Shown here: positions 23,030 to 36,456 of the stretch, in pieces
Numbering within the stretch: the first letter of the stretch is position 1
Layout: each line of letters begins with the position of its first letter
Assembly: GCA_036785375.1 (NCBI GenBank)
Contig: JAWMAR010001356.1
Location: 186,001 to 250,000, forward strand
Direction: 5' to 3'
DNA length: 64,000 nucleotides
From: Leucoraja ocellata
Lineage: Eukaryota
Position numbers and translations under genes: made by a program
Notes under the pieces: generated by a model
Databases searched by the model: none
What the model was told of the DNA's origin: nothing
What the model saw: the letters and a program-made list of their open reading frames with translations, nothing else

Positions 23030-24945
23030 AGCTCCAGATGGACTATTACCGTACGGTTTGGGGCATGCTGCATGGGTGGCAGTGAGCCAGCAAATTCTAT
23101 TTGGAACCCATCTATACTGTGCAGTCATAACAAGTCAGATGTTACCCACCACCACTCATGCAAAAAGAAACGTAACCTCCCACCAACATGCGTTAGACCC
23201 ACAACCCAAATGTTACATAGTGAACCAGACCCACCTACCTCTGTGTTAGTTGGATTCTGGATCGTTATTTCCTTCCCCGATGTTTGGGGATTTGAGGTGC
23301 TGGTATGCACCAGCTGCGCATCTTGGCTGTCGGCCGGTTCAGGCCATGTCCTAATAAAGACTTCCTGCCGGTTCTTTCAGTCCTCGAGCTGAAGGTGGTT
23401 CCCACAGACTGTCTAGTGCTGGTCGAGGCATACGGGTGCTGGCATTGAAACGATGACTGTCTGTTTGCTGGTGGAGTCCAAAGTAGCCCCACAGCCTTCG
23501 ACTCGTCGTCCTGATCCTTCACCTGCCTGGATAGGTCTTCTCCAAACAGTAAATAGGGCGGCTGCACATTACTGGACTTGTACAACCCTGCAAACTTGGG
23601 GTTGAGAACAGGACGAATGGCATTCTTGCAAAAGCAATTCATTTCAAATTGTGCATTACACAACAATGCCATTGCGTCCCGTTGAGCCTCAGATAATGCA
23701 CAGTTGTCCACCGACCTGGCCACTGCTGTCCACCGACCTGGCCACAGCTGTCCACCGACCTGGCCACTGCTGTCCACCGACCTGTCCACTGCTGTCCACC
23801 GACCTGGCCACAGCTGTCCACCGACCTGGCCACTGCTGTCCACAGACCTGGCCACAGCTGTCCACCGACCTGGCCACAGCTGTCCACCGACCTGGCCACA
23901 GCTGTCCACCGACCTGGCCACAGCTGTCCACCGACCTGGCCACAGCTGTCCACCGACCTGGCCACAGCTGTCTACCGACCTGGCCACTGCTGTCCACCGA
24001 TCTGGCCACTGCTGTCCACCCCGATGCCAGCAGGTTCAGGATTCTCTGTAATTTGACCTCTTGGGCCAATGTAGCTCCAGATGGAACTGTTCACCGCCGG
24101 TACCTTGAGGGAGGCACAGTTGCTGGGCGCATGGTACCTCATGGCTGTCTCCATCATCACCTGCTGTTGAAGCTGGTGGCAAGCAAGGTAATTAATGCTG
24201 GCCGCCAGCTCTTCATCCAGCGGCTCCCCAACCAGCGACGACATTGCAAACTTGGAGACCATGGTTGGCACATGCACATCTCGCGGGTCCCTTATCGAAC
24301 GTTCTCCCCGCATCTCAGTGCAATGCAAGTGAGCCCAGGACTGGTGGTCTACACTCCCATCCTTGGATGGGGAGACATAATGCAGCCCTGCACCAGGCGC
24401 TGCTGTGGGCCCCCGAGATCCGCTGTGATATGACTCCCGACCGAGGAGCATATCAAGTTGGAGTATCTTCTCCATAAGATGCTCCACTCGGGAAAGGCGT
24501 CCGACAACACTCCCCGTAGGAGGAGGCGAACCCTCCCGGCCGGACTCATCCGAGTCAACCGGCCTGCTGGACTTGTCCTTCCCGACCCACAGGGTAGCCA
24601 CAGTGCTCTCCATGGGCACCGAGCCCAAAGTCGCTGGCTGCGCTGTCAGCGACTGCGATGGTGAAACGGAATGCCGCCCGCTGACCGCACTACTGCGGTC
24701 TTCCGAAGCGGTTCTCCTTGCGAGATTTCACCCTCGCCTTATCCATGGTGCTCCTGCTGTAACAAGACAGAAGACAAAACGACCGCAGACTAAGTTCAAG
24801 AACTTACCTGGAGGTCTTTTGAAACTTACCGCTGGTGAAGCGACACGCTTGCCAGCCAGTCAGAGCGCCATGCGTTAGACAGAATGACGCGCATGCGGGC
24901 TGACGGGGTCTTCACGTATTCATTCACGTGACCCCAAAGTAAAAT
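23030..24945 (-). mobile_element. Third DIRS element, 5' part only
   Basis: Terminus cttcacgtattcattcacgtgaccccaaagtaaaat (24910-24945). gag remnants (APSNCASLKVPAVN..IW; NAIRPVLNPKFAGL), and RT start EVGGSG...VGGRLRFF. Confidence 0.82.
23705..24020. repeat. 21-bp tandem repeat inside DIRS gag
   Basis: About 15 copies of GCTGTCCACCGACCTGGCCAC(A/T). Confidence 0.92.
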
Positions 24946-27330
24946 GGGGATAAATATGAGGTTATCCACTTTGGTAGCAAAAACAGGAAGGCAGATTATT
25001 ATCTAAATGTTATCAAGTTGGGAAAAGGGGAAGTACAACGGGATTGGGGGTCCTTGTTCCTCAGTCAATTAAAGTAAGCATGCAGGTACAGCAGGCAGTG
25101 AAGAAAGCGAATGGCATGTTGGCCTTCATAACAAAAGGAGTTGAGTATAGGAGCAAACAGGTCCTTCTGCAGTTGTACAGAGCCCTAGTGAGATTACACC
25201 TGGAGTATTGTGTGCAGTTTTGGTCCCCTAATTTGAGGAAGAACATTCTTGCTATTGAGGGAGTGCAACATAGGTTTACAAGGTTAATTCCCGGGATGGC
25301 ACTGTGATATACTGAGAGAATGGAGCAGCTGGGCTTGTACACTCTGGAATTTAGAAGGATGAGAGGGGATCTTATTGAAACCCTGAATAATCTTATCAGA
25401 TTATTACAGGTTTGGACACGTGAGAGGCAGGAAACATGTTCCCGATGTTGGGGGAGTCCAGAACCAGGGGCCACAGTTTAAGAATAAGGGGTAAGCCATT
25501 TAGAACGGAGATGAGGAAACACTTTTTCACACAGAGAGTTGTGAGTCTGTGGAATTCTCTGCCTCAGTGGGCAATTAAGAGAGAGCTTGATAGGGCTCTT
25601 AAAGATAGTGGTTGGGTGATATGGGGAGAAGGCAGGAACTGATTGGGGATGATCAGCCATGATCACATTGAACAGCGGTGCTGGCTTGAGGGCCGAATGG
25701 CCTACTCCTGCACCTATTTTCTATTGTGTCCATTTATTCCACAGATGATGCCTGACCCACCAATTACTCCAGCACTGTTGTTCCTGATATAGTGGTGGTC
25801 AGAGGATCTGGGGTGACGGAGGAACTGAAGAAAATCCACATTAGGCAGGAAATGGTGTTGGATAGACTGATGGGACTGAAGGGTGATAAATCCCCAGGGC
25901 CTGATGGTCTGCATCCCAGGGTACTTAAAGAAGTGGCTCTAGAAATCGTGGATGCATTGGTGATCATTTTCCAATGTTCTATAGACTCGGGATCAGTTCT
26001 TGTGGATTGGAGGGTAGCTAACGTTATCCCACTTTTTAAGAAAGGCGGGAGAGAGAAAACGGGGAATTACAGACCAGTTAGCCTGACACCGGTGGTGGGG
26101 AAGATGCTGGAGTCAATTATAGAAGATTGGATCGCAGAAACAGGCTCGGTCCTAGTCAGCATGTGGGGAAATCATGCTTGACTAATCTTCTGGACATTTT
26201 TGAAGATGTAACTAGGAAAATGGACAAGGGAGAGCCAGTGGATGTAGTGTACCTGGACTTTCAGAAAGCATTTGATAAGCTCCAACATTGGAGCTTAGTG
26301 GGCAGAATTAGGGCCAATGGTATTGGGGGTAGAGTACTGACATGGATAGATAAGTGGTTGGCAGACAGGAAACAAAGAGTAAGGGTTAGCAGGTCCCTTT
26401 CAGAATGGCAGGCAGTGACTAGTGGGGTACCACAAGGCTCAGTGCTGGGACCGCAGCTATTTACAATATACATCAATGATTTGGATGAAGGGATTCAAAG
26501 CAAATTAGCAAATTTGCAGATGAGACAAAGCTGGGTGGCAGTGTGAACTGTGAGGAGGATGCTATGAGAATGCTGGGTGACTTGGAAAGGTTAGGGGAGT
26601 GGGCAGATGCATGGCAGATGAAGTTTAATGCGGGTAAATGTGAGGTTACCCACTTTAGTAGCAAAACCAAGAAGGCAAACTATCTAAATGGCATCAAGAT
26701 GGGAAAAGGGGAAGTACAATGAGGAGTAAAGAGGTCCTTCTGCAGTTGCACAGAGCCCTAGTGAGACCACACCTGGAGTATTGAGTGCAGTTTTGGTCCC
26801 CTAATTTGAGGAGGGACTTTCTTGCTATTGAGGGCTTGCAGCGGAGGTTTACAAGGTTAATTCCCGGGATGGCGGGGCTGTCATATACTGAAAGAATTGA
26901 GCAGCTGGGCTTGTACACTCTGGAGTTTAGAAGGATGAGAGGGTATCTCATTGAAACATGTAAGATTGTTAAGGGTTTGGACAAGCTTGAGGCAGGAAAC
27001 ATGTTCCCGATGTTGGGGGAGTCCAGAACCAGGGCACACAATTTAAGAATAAGGGGTAAGCCATTTAGAACGGAGACGATGAAACACTTTTTCTCACTGA
27101 GAGTTGTGAGTCTGTGGAATTCTCTGCCTCAGAGAGCAGTGGAGGCAGGTTCTCTAGATGCTTTCAAGAGAGAGCAGGGTAAGGTTCTTAAAAATAGAGG
27201 AGTCAGGGGATATGGGGGAGAAGGCAGGAACAGGGTACTGATTGGGGATGATCAGCCATGATCACATTGAATGGCAGTGCTGGCTCGACGGACTGAATGG
27301 CCGATTCCTGCACCTATTGTTTATTGTCTT
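24946..27330 (+). mobile_element. Two consecutive CR1 (second family) 3' fragments
   Basis: RT remnants ([33 protein letters not shown]) with 3' ends ggccgaatggcctactcctgcaccta at ~25690-25730 and ~27290-27330. Confidence 0.85.
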
Positions 27331-28430
27331 TGTACAAGATTCCAGAACCCTGAATTGAAAGAATCTCGAATGAAATATGTTAGGAAATACCTAATGCCAA
27401 TTAGGAAATACCAATTAAACTATAAATCTGGATATCTTTGGAGTATGGGAGGACCTCAGAACATATGTGGAAAACACACTTGGTCACAGGAAGAGTATTC
27501 AAACTCTGTACGGATAACACATGGTGTCAGTTTCAAACCCAGGTATCTGGTGCTGTGAGGCAGCAACTCTACCACTGTGCTGCCCAATCTTTCCACAAAC
27601 ACTGAAACCCAAGAGAGGGTTTGAAACAGCGGCCTTACCTTAACGTCATCTCCATAAAGACTAGATCCTGAGACAATAGACAATAGGTGCAGGAGTAGGC
27701 CATTCGGCCCTTCGAGCCAGCACCGCCATTCACTGTGATCATGGCTAATCATCCACAACGGCAAACTTTGACCGCCCGAATCGAGGGGTATAAATCGACC
27801 CGGAGCGGGGCCTTACATCACCTGGCGCGGCTTAAACAGCCGCAGGACTTACCATTACCCACCGGGGCCTCTAACATCAAGAGCCTCGACCAGCTCGATG
27901 CAGCAGTTTGACTGCTTGACTGTGGGCAAGAGATAAGACTTTTGCCTTCCATCACAGTGAGGAGGTATTTGGAAATTCACTGTGATGGATGTTTGTGTGG
28001 AATTGTGTTACTTGTGTGTTTTGGTTTTTTTGTTGTTATGACTGCAGGAAAGTAATTTTGTTTGAACCTATGTTTCAATGACAATAAACAGCATTCTGAT
28101 TCTCTGATGCTGATTCAGACTGATGTATTTGGGAGAAAGCTGGAAAGAGACGAGAGCAGGACAGAGCCTGGTGAGTGATTCTGGATACAGTTGGGGGCTG
28201 ATTAGCAGATTGTGGAGTACTGACAAAGGCTAGAGGTGAAGAGGAGACGAGTGTCAAACAAGGGGAAGAGAGGTGTCATGCAAAGCCAGGGGGAAGGATC
28301 GGGGAAAGAGGGGAATGTGGGACAGGGATGAGTATACAGAGGAGGGGAAGGGGTAGGGAGACCGTTGAGTGAGGTGCACACCAGGGTGGGGAGTGCAGGG
28401 AAAGAGGGAAACCCCCTTAATCAAGACACT

Positions 28431-29045
28431 TATTGAGTATAGAAGCTGGGATGTAATGTTAAAATTGTACAAGGCATTGGTGAGACCAAATCTGGAGTAT
28501 GGTGTACAATTTTGGTCGCCCAATTATAGGAAGGATGTCAACAAAATAGAGAGAGTACAGAGGAGATTTACTAGAATGTTGCCTGGGTTTCAACAACTAA
28601 GTTACAGAGATAGGTTGAATAAGTTAGGTCTTTATTCTCTGGAGCGCAGAAGGTTAAGGGGGGACTTGATAGAGGTCTTTAAAATGATGAGAGGGATAGA
28701 CAGAGTTGATGTGGCAAGCTTTTCCCTTTGAGAATAGGGAAGATTCAAACAAGAGGACATGACTTCAGAATTAAGGGACAGAAGTTTAGGGGTAACATGA
28801 GGGGCAACTTCTTTACCCAGAGAGTGGTAGCGGTGTGGAATGAGCTTCCAGTGGAAGTGGTGGAGGCAGGTTTGTTGGTATAATTTAAAAATAAATTGGA
28901 TAGGCATATGGATGAGAAGGGAATGGAGGGTTATGGTATGAGTGCAGGTAGGTGGGACTAAGGGAAAAAAAGTTGTTCGGCACGGACTTGTAGGGCCGAG
29001 ATGGCCTATTTCCGTGCTGTAATTGTTATATGGTTATATGTTATA
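28431..29045 (+). mobile_element. CR1 (first family) 3' fragment
   Basis: Nearly identical to 4122-4735, including the tail. Confidence 0.88.
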
Positions 29046-31049
29046 TTCCCATCTCCAAATCTCATTTCCTTTTATCCCCTCCCGTCCCCTTACACCTGAA
29101 AACCTCCTTCCATTCAAAGCCGACGCTAGGGTCGGGTGATCGGGCGTAGGGAAGGGTAGTGGGATATATCTCCACTTTTTTCACTTTTTCGTTGGTTCAG
29201 AGGTTTTTCTTTTTTATCTCTCGTGTCTTTTACAAAATTCTTTCTTTTCTTTTTCTTTTCTTCTTCCTTTCTTTTCATTTTTCTTTTTTCCGATTTAGTT
29301 TTTAGTTCATAAAATGTTAAAATTGAAGCTTACGAACATTTTATAATTGTTATGTCGATGACTTTCTCCTTGTACAATTGCTTCTAATAAAATAAATATT
29401 AAAATAAAAAGCAGAGATTCCAGTCTTTGGAGATCCTTCGTGGAAATGAACACAATTTGGTCACACCTTCAGAAAAGAGCAGAGGGGAGAGGAGATGTAT
29501 TCTGGCAACACTGACACAAACATACTAAACCAAATAGATTTAGACCTATTCCAAAAAAAAACAGTATGGTGAATGGAATGCAGGATTACTTAATTTGTAT
29601 TGACACTTAAAACAAGTGTCATGAACACTAAACTACTTTCACTGCAACAGGAACCAACTAGGATTACTTTAGGGAATATAAAGAAGTCTACAAAGAATGC
29701 TGGATGTACTCAGTTGGTCAGGCACCATCTGCCTGACAGATGTTTCAGGTTGGGATCCTTCAGACTGAGAGAGTAGTGGAGAAATCTGGAAAGATGTGGG
29801 AGCAGGACAAAAGCTGGCAAGTGATGTGGATAGACACAAATGCTGGAGTAATTCACTGAGACGGGCAGCATCTTGGGAGAGAAGGAAAGGGTGATGTTTC
29901 AGGTAGAGGCTGTCCTTCAGACAACAAATACAAGCAATTGGCACTTGGTGGAGCAATGACAAAGGCGAGAGGTGAAGAGGAGACAAAAGGTTTAGATGAG
30001 GAGAGAGAGATGTGAAGCTGGAGGGCGGGATATGGGTTGAAGGGTAAAGAGGCAAAGATGAATGTCAGGGATGGGAGATGAGTGTGGAAAGTGGGGAAGG
30101 TGCAGGGTGAATGGGTGATGCGGGGAAAGGGAGAGTCCCCAGTACATTCATCCCTTTTCCCCATCCTATCCCATTGCACTCATATTCCTTCTACCAGGTT
30201 TACAGTTCACACCTTGCTTTCTCCTTCTGAGATGTTCATAAATCATAGCGGCGACGACAGAGGGTTCATGGCCGCCGACCACGGATGAACAAAGGAGGAG
30301 GACTGACTGAACCTTGTTGCCTTTCGCCACAGTGAAGAATGCTGTGCTGGATGTTTTGTGTTAAATTCTATTGCGTATTGTGTGTTCTTTTTAAGTGTAT
30401 CGCTGCTGGCAAATTCATTTCACTGCACCTTTGGGTGCATGTAACGAATACAATTGACTTTGACCTTTACACCTTTAGCCTTTGTCACTTACTGATTCAA
30501 TTATTTTTTGTCACATGTACCATGTGAAACAATGAAATGCTTTGTTTTGCATAAAACCTGGTAAAATCACGTGGCTGACCTCAACTGGGCAGTACACGAT
30601 GTTTTGGTGTTCCACCCATCTGGCAATTTCCTCTCCCCCCCCCCACCTGCATCCAGCCATCACTTGCTAGACTATTGCCCCACCTCACATTTCCAGCTTT
30701 CTCCCTTTACTCCATCATGCTGAAGGCTTCTGACCTGATACTTCATTGGTCCATTCCTTCCAGATGTTGCCTGACCCACTGGTTTACTCCAGCAGACTTT
30801 TTTCTCCCTCAAGATTCCAGCACCGTGAATTCTAGTATTTTAAACCAAGAATAGTCAGGAAAATACTTTCTCCTCCAAACATTTATTGGTCTGAAACCAG
30901 AGGTGGTTCTAAACAGTTCCTTACCTGCATCCCATCTCCATACAGTTCAGGTCCTGACAGATTGACAAAGTCAGACAATTCAAATTAATACACCACTAAT
31001 GATTCAAAATCTCCCACCATCTTCATCCCACCCTTAATCTCACAGCAAT

Positions 31050-33085
31050 ATTTTAACGACAAGGATTTGAAGGGCCTGAGCTCAGGGCAAGGTTGGGCAG
31101 GCAAAGAGGAGGCAGAAACGGTGCAAGAGAGAGGGTGTCCGTGCTAGGCTGAGAGATAATGCTAGCTGGCCGGCCAGCTCTCCCATCTATCCTACTCTCC
31201 AACGTCCGCTTCCTGGAAAACAAACTGGACAACATCCAACTACAGAGGAGTACACAGCGAGAGACTAGAGACTCCTGTGTCTGTGTTTTACTGAGACATG
31301 GCTCAACGATCGAGTCCCGGACGTGGCCATTCAGCTAGCCGGGCTAGTCTCGCACCGAGCCGACAGAGAACCATCACAGGTACACAAAAATGCTGGAGAA
31401 ACTCAGCGGGTGCAGCAGCATCTATGGAGCGAAGGAAATAGGCGACGTTTCAGGCTGAAACCCTTCTTCAGACTGATGGGGGGTGGGGAGAGAAGGAAGG
31501 AAAAAGGGAGGAGGAGGAGCCCGAGGGCGGGGGGATGGGAGGAGACAGCTCGAGGGTTAAGGAAGGGGAGGAGACAGCAAGGTCTAGCAAAACTGGGAGA
31601 ATTCAACGTTCATGCCATCCGGACGCAAGCAACCCAGGCGGAATATGAGGTGCTGTTCCTCCAATTTCCGGTGTTGCTCACTGTGGCAATGGAGGAGACA
31701 GAGAGGTCGGATTGGGAATGGGAGGGGGAGTTGAAGTGCTGAGCCACCGGGAGGCCAGGTAGGTTATTGCGGACTGAGCGGAGGTGTTCGGCGAAACGAT
31801 CGCCCAACCTCCGCTTAGTCTCTCCGATGTAAATCAGCTGACACCTAGAGCAGCGGATGCAGTAGATGAGGTTGGAGGAGATACAGGTAAACCTCTGTCG
31901 CACCTGGAACGACTGCTTGGGTCCTTGAATGGAGTCGAGGGGGGAGGTGAAGGGACAGGTGTTGCATTTCTTGCGGTTGCAACGGAAAGTGCCCGGGGAG
32001 GGGGTGGTACGGGAGGGAAGGGAAGAATTGACAAGGGAGTTGCGCGGTAAGACTCGAGGTGGTGGCATGTGTGTTTACATCAACACTGACTGGTGCAACA
32101 ACTCTGTCTTAGTCTCCAAGTTCTGTTCATTGCTGGTGGAGAATGCGATTGTGAGATGTAGACCTTTTTATTTGCCACGGGAGTTTACCACAGTGCTCAT
32201 TGTTGCTGCTCACATCCCGCCCAGTGCTAATGCTAAGGAAACACTAGCTGTACTGTACTGTATGGAGCTTTATGCAATCTACAAAACACACACCCAGAAG
32301 GACTGTTTATTGCCGTAGGAGATTTCAACCGTGCAAATCTCAAAACTGTGCTTCCTAAATGTTACCAACATGTGGACTTTGCAACGAGCGGGGAGAAGGT
32401 GCTAGATCTTGTTTACACCAATATGCCCAGCACGTACAGGGTGGAGTCACGCCCCCATCTCAGATACTCAGACCACATCTCTGTCATGCTGATCCCAGCA
32501 TACAGACTGCTTGTCAGATGCTCCAGACCAGCTAAGAAACAGGTGAAGACCTGGCCAGCAGGAGCCATCTCTGCTCTCCAGGACTGCATTGACTGGCACA
32601 TGTTTAGGGAGGCAGCAACCACCAGCGGCACCACTGGCTTGGAGGAGTACACGGCATCAGTGACTGGTTACATCAGTAAATACATTGATGACATTACTGT
32701 CACTGAGCTCATCACCACACATCCCCAACAGTAAACCATGGATGACTGCAGAGGTACGTGCGCTGCTGAATGCCCGAGACACGGCCTTCAGAGCAGGCGA
32801 TAAGGAGTCCCTGAGAACAGCGAGGGCCAAACTATCCCGGGCCATCAGGGAAGCAAAGCGAGCGCATGCAAGGAAAATCCACGGCCACTTCAGTGTCAGC
32901 AGGACACACTGAAGCCGTGGCAAGGCATCCAAGCCATCACCAACTTCAGGACATCAACACCAGCCTGTGACAGCGATGCCTCTCTGCCTGATGCGCTGAA
33001 CATGTTCTACACCCGGTTTGATGCACAGAACGACGTGGTGGCGAGGAAGATCACAACCCCCCCCCCCCCCCTGCGACCAGGTGGC
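31050..33085 (+). mobile_element. Rex1/Babar-type LINE, APE region, interrupted by a Penelope fragment
   Basis: [48 protein letters not shown]. Confidence 0.78.
31377..32046 (-). mobile_element. Penelope-like element 3' end: GIY-YIG endonuclease plus terminal repeat
   Basis: CNRKKCNTC...FTCISSNLIYCIRCSRC..IYIGETKRRL.DRF.EH, followed by the terminal repeat ctgaagaagggtttcagcctgaaacgtcgcc. Confidence 0.88.
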
Positions 33086-36000
33086 TATAGAAGCATAGAA
33101 GCATAGAGACATAGACACATAGACACATAGACACATAGAGACATAGACACATAGACACATAGACACATAGAGACATAGAGACATAGACACATAGACACAT
33201 AGACACATAGAGACATAGACACATAGAGACATAGACACATAGACACATAGACACATAGANNNNNNNNNNNNNNNNNNNNNNNNNNNNNNNNNNNNNNNNN
33301 NNNNNNNNNNNNNNNNNNNNNNNNNNNNNNNNNNNNNNNNNNNNNNNNNNNNNNNNNNNNNNNNNNNNNNNNNNNNNNNNNNNNNNNNNNNNNNNNNNNN
33401 NNNNNNNNNNNNNNNNNNNNNNNNNNNNNNNNNNNNNNNNNNNNNNNTAGACACATAGAGACATAGACACATAGACACATAGACACATAGAGACATAGAC
33501 ACATAGACACATAGACACATAGAGACATAGACACATAGAGACATAGACACATAGAGACATAGAGACATAGAGACATAGACACATAGAGACATAGACACAT
33601 AGAGACATAGACACATAGACACATAGACACATAGACACATAGAGACATAGACACATAGACACATAGACACATAGACACATAGAGACATAGACACATGGAC
33701 ACATAGAGACATAGACACATAGACACATAGAGACATAGACACATAGAAACATAGACACATAGAGACATAGACACATAGAGACATAGAGACACATAGAGAC
33801 ATAGACACATAGACACATAGACACAGACCCATAGACACATAGACACATAGACACATAGACACATAGAGACATAGACACATAGACACATAGAGACATAGAC
33901 ACATAGACACATAGAGACATAGACACATAGAAACATAGAGACATAGAGATATAGAGACATAGAGACATAGAGACACATAGAGACATAGACACATAGACAC
34001 ATAGACACAGACCCATAGACACATAGACACATAGACACATAGACACATAGAGACATAGAGACACATAGAGACATAGACACATAGACACAGACACATAGAG
34101 ACATAGACACATAGAGACATAGAGACATAGAGACATAGAGACATAGACACATAGACACATAGAGACATAGACGCATAGAGACATAGAGACATAGAGACAT
34201 AGAGACATAGAAAAATAGAGACTTAGACACATAGACACATAGAGACATAGAGACATAGAAAAATAGAGACATAGACACATAGACACATAGAAACATAGAC
34301 ACATAGACACATAGAGACATAGACACATAGACACATAGACACATAGTGACATAGACACATAGACACATAGAGACATAGACACATAGAAACATAGACACAT
34401 AGACACATAGACACATAGAAACATAGAGACATAGAAACATAGAGACATAGAAACATAGACCAGGCAGACCAGAGGGGGCAGACATACCCCCATCCATATA
34501 AACGGGACTGAGGTGGAGCGCGTCTCCAGCTATAAATTCCTCGGAGTACATATCTCGGAGGATTTGTCCTGGTCCCTCAACACCTCCAAGCTGATCAAAA
34601 AGGCACAGCAGCGCCTTTACTTCCTGAGGAGGCTCAAGAAAGCCCACCTGTCCCCCCAGATCTTGACCAACTTTTACCGCTGTACCATAGAGAGTATCCT
34701 GACCACCTGCTTCACGGTATGGTACAGCAGCTGCACTGCTGCGGACAGGAAGGCACTACAACGGGTGGTGAAAACCGCGCAGTACATCATCGGTGCCCCG
34801 CTCCCTGCCATGGATGCCCTCCACCGAAAACGGTGTCTGAGACGGGCTGGGAAGATCATCAAAGAACCCTCACACCCCAACCATGGACTGTTTGCCCTCC
34901 TCCCATCAGGGAGGCGGTACAGGAGCCTCAGGTCTCGTACCAGTACGATGAGGAACAGCTTCTACAACAACACAATCACATTGCTGAACTCGGAGTCCCG
35001 ACGATAGATTTCTCTGGTCCCTCCGTCCCCATTGTTTAATTATTCTGTATTTCCTGATTATTCTGTATCTTCCCTCTTTCTATTTTTTTTTTTTTTTGTT
35101 TTCTTTATGTACAACTACTACGGACTGACGCAAAACTGCATTTCGTTGTACTGATACTTGTATTTGTGCGATGACATTAAAGTTGAATTGAATTGAAATT
35201 GAATTGTAGACACATAGACACATAGAAACATAGACACATAGAAACATAGAGACATAGACACATAGAGACATAGAAACATAGACACATAGAGATATAGAGA
35301 CATAGAGACATAGAAACATAGACACATAGACACATAGACACATAGACACATAGACACATATAGACATAGACACATAGACACATAGACACATAGACACATA
35401 GACACATAGACACATAGACACATAGAGACATAGAAACATAGACACATAGAGACATAGAAACATAGACACATATAGACATAGACACATAGACACATAGACA
35501 CATAGACACATAGAGATATAGAGACATAGAGACATAGAAACATAGAAACATAGACACATAGAGACATAGAAACATAGACACATATAGACATAGACACATA
35601 GACACATAGAAACATAGACACATAGAGATATAGAGACATAGAGACATAGAAACATAGACACATAGACACATAGACACATAGAGACATAGACACATAGAGA
35701 TATAGACACATAGAGACATAGAAACATAGACACATATAGACATAGACACATAGACACATAGACACATAGACACATAGACAGATAGAGATATAGAGACATA
35801 GACATAGAGACATAGACACATAGAGATATAGAGACATAGAGACATAGAAACATAGACACATAGACACATAGAAACATAGAGATATAGAGACATAGAGACA
35901 TAGAGACATAGAAACATAGACACATAGAGATATAGACACATAGAGACATAGAGATATAGAGACATAGACACATAGAAACATAGACACATAGACACATAGA

Positions 36001-36456
36001 GATATAGAGACATAGACACATAGAAACGTAGACACATAGAGATATAGACACATAGACACATAGAGATATAGAGACATAGACACATAGAAACATAGACACA
36101 TAGACACATAGACACATAGACACATAGAAACATAGACACATATAGACATAGACACATAGAAACATAGACACATAGAGACATAGACACATAGAGACATAGA
36201 AACATAGACACATAGAAACATAGACACATAGACACATAGAGACATAGAAACATAGACACATAGAAACATAGACACATAGAGACATAGACACATAGACACA
36301 TAGAAACATAGACACATAGAGACATAGAGACATAGACACATAGAAACATAGACACATAGGCACATAGACACATAGACACATAGAGACATAGACACATAGA
36401 AACATAGACACATAGACACATAGAAACATAGAGACATAGAGACATAGAAACATAGA
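33085..36456. repeat. Octamer microsatellite (CATAGA[G/C/A]A)n in two blocks (33085-34457, 35206-36456)
   Basis: Direct inspection. Continuous with the (TTTCTATG)n 3' tail of the minus-strand CR1 starting at ~36449. Contains an N gap. Confidence 0.95.
34458..35205 (+). mobile_element. Rex1/Babar-type LINE 3' fragment
   Basis: ERVSSYKFLGVHISEDLSW...KKAQQRLYFLRRLKK...HPNHGLFALLPSGRRYRS, tail (GAATT)n. A near-identical copy lies at ~38220-38937. Confidence 0.87.
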
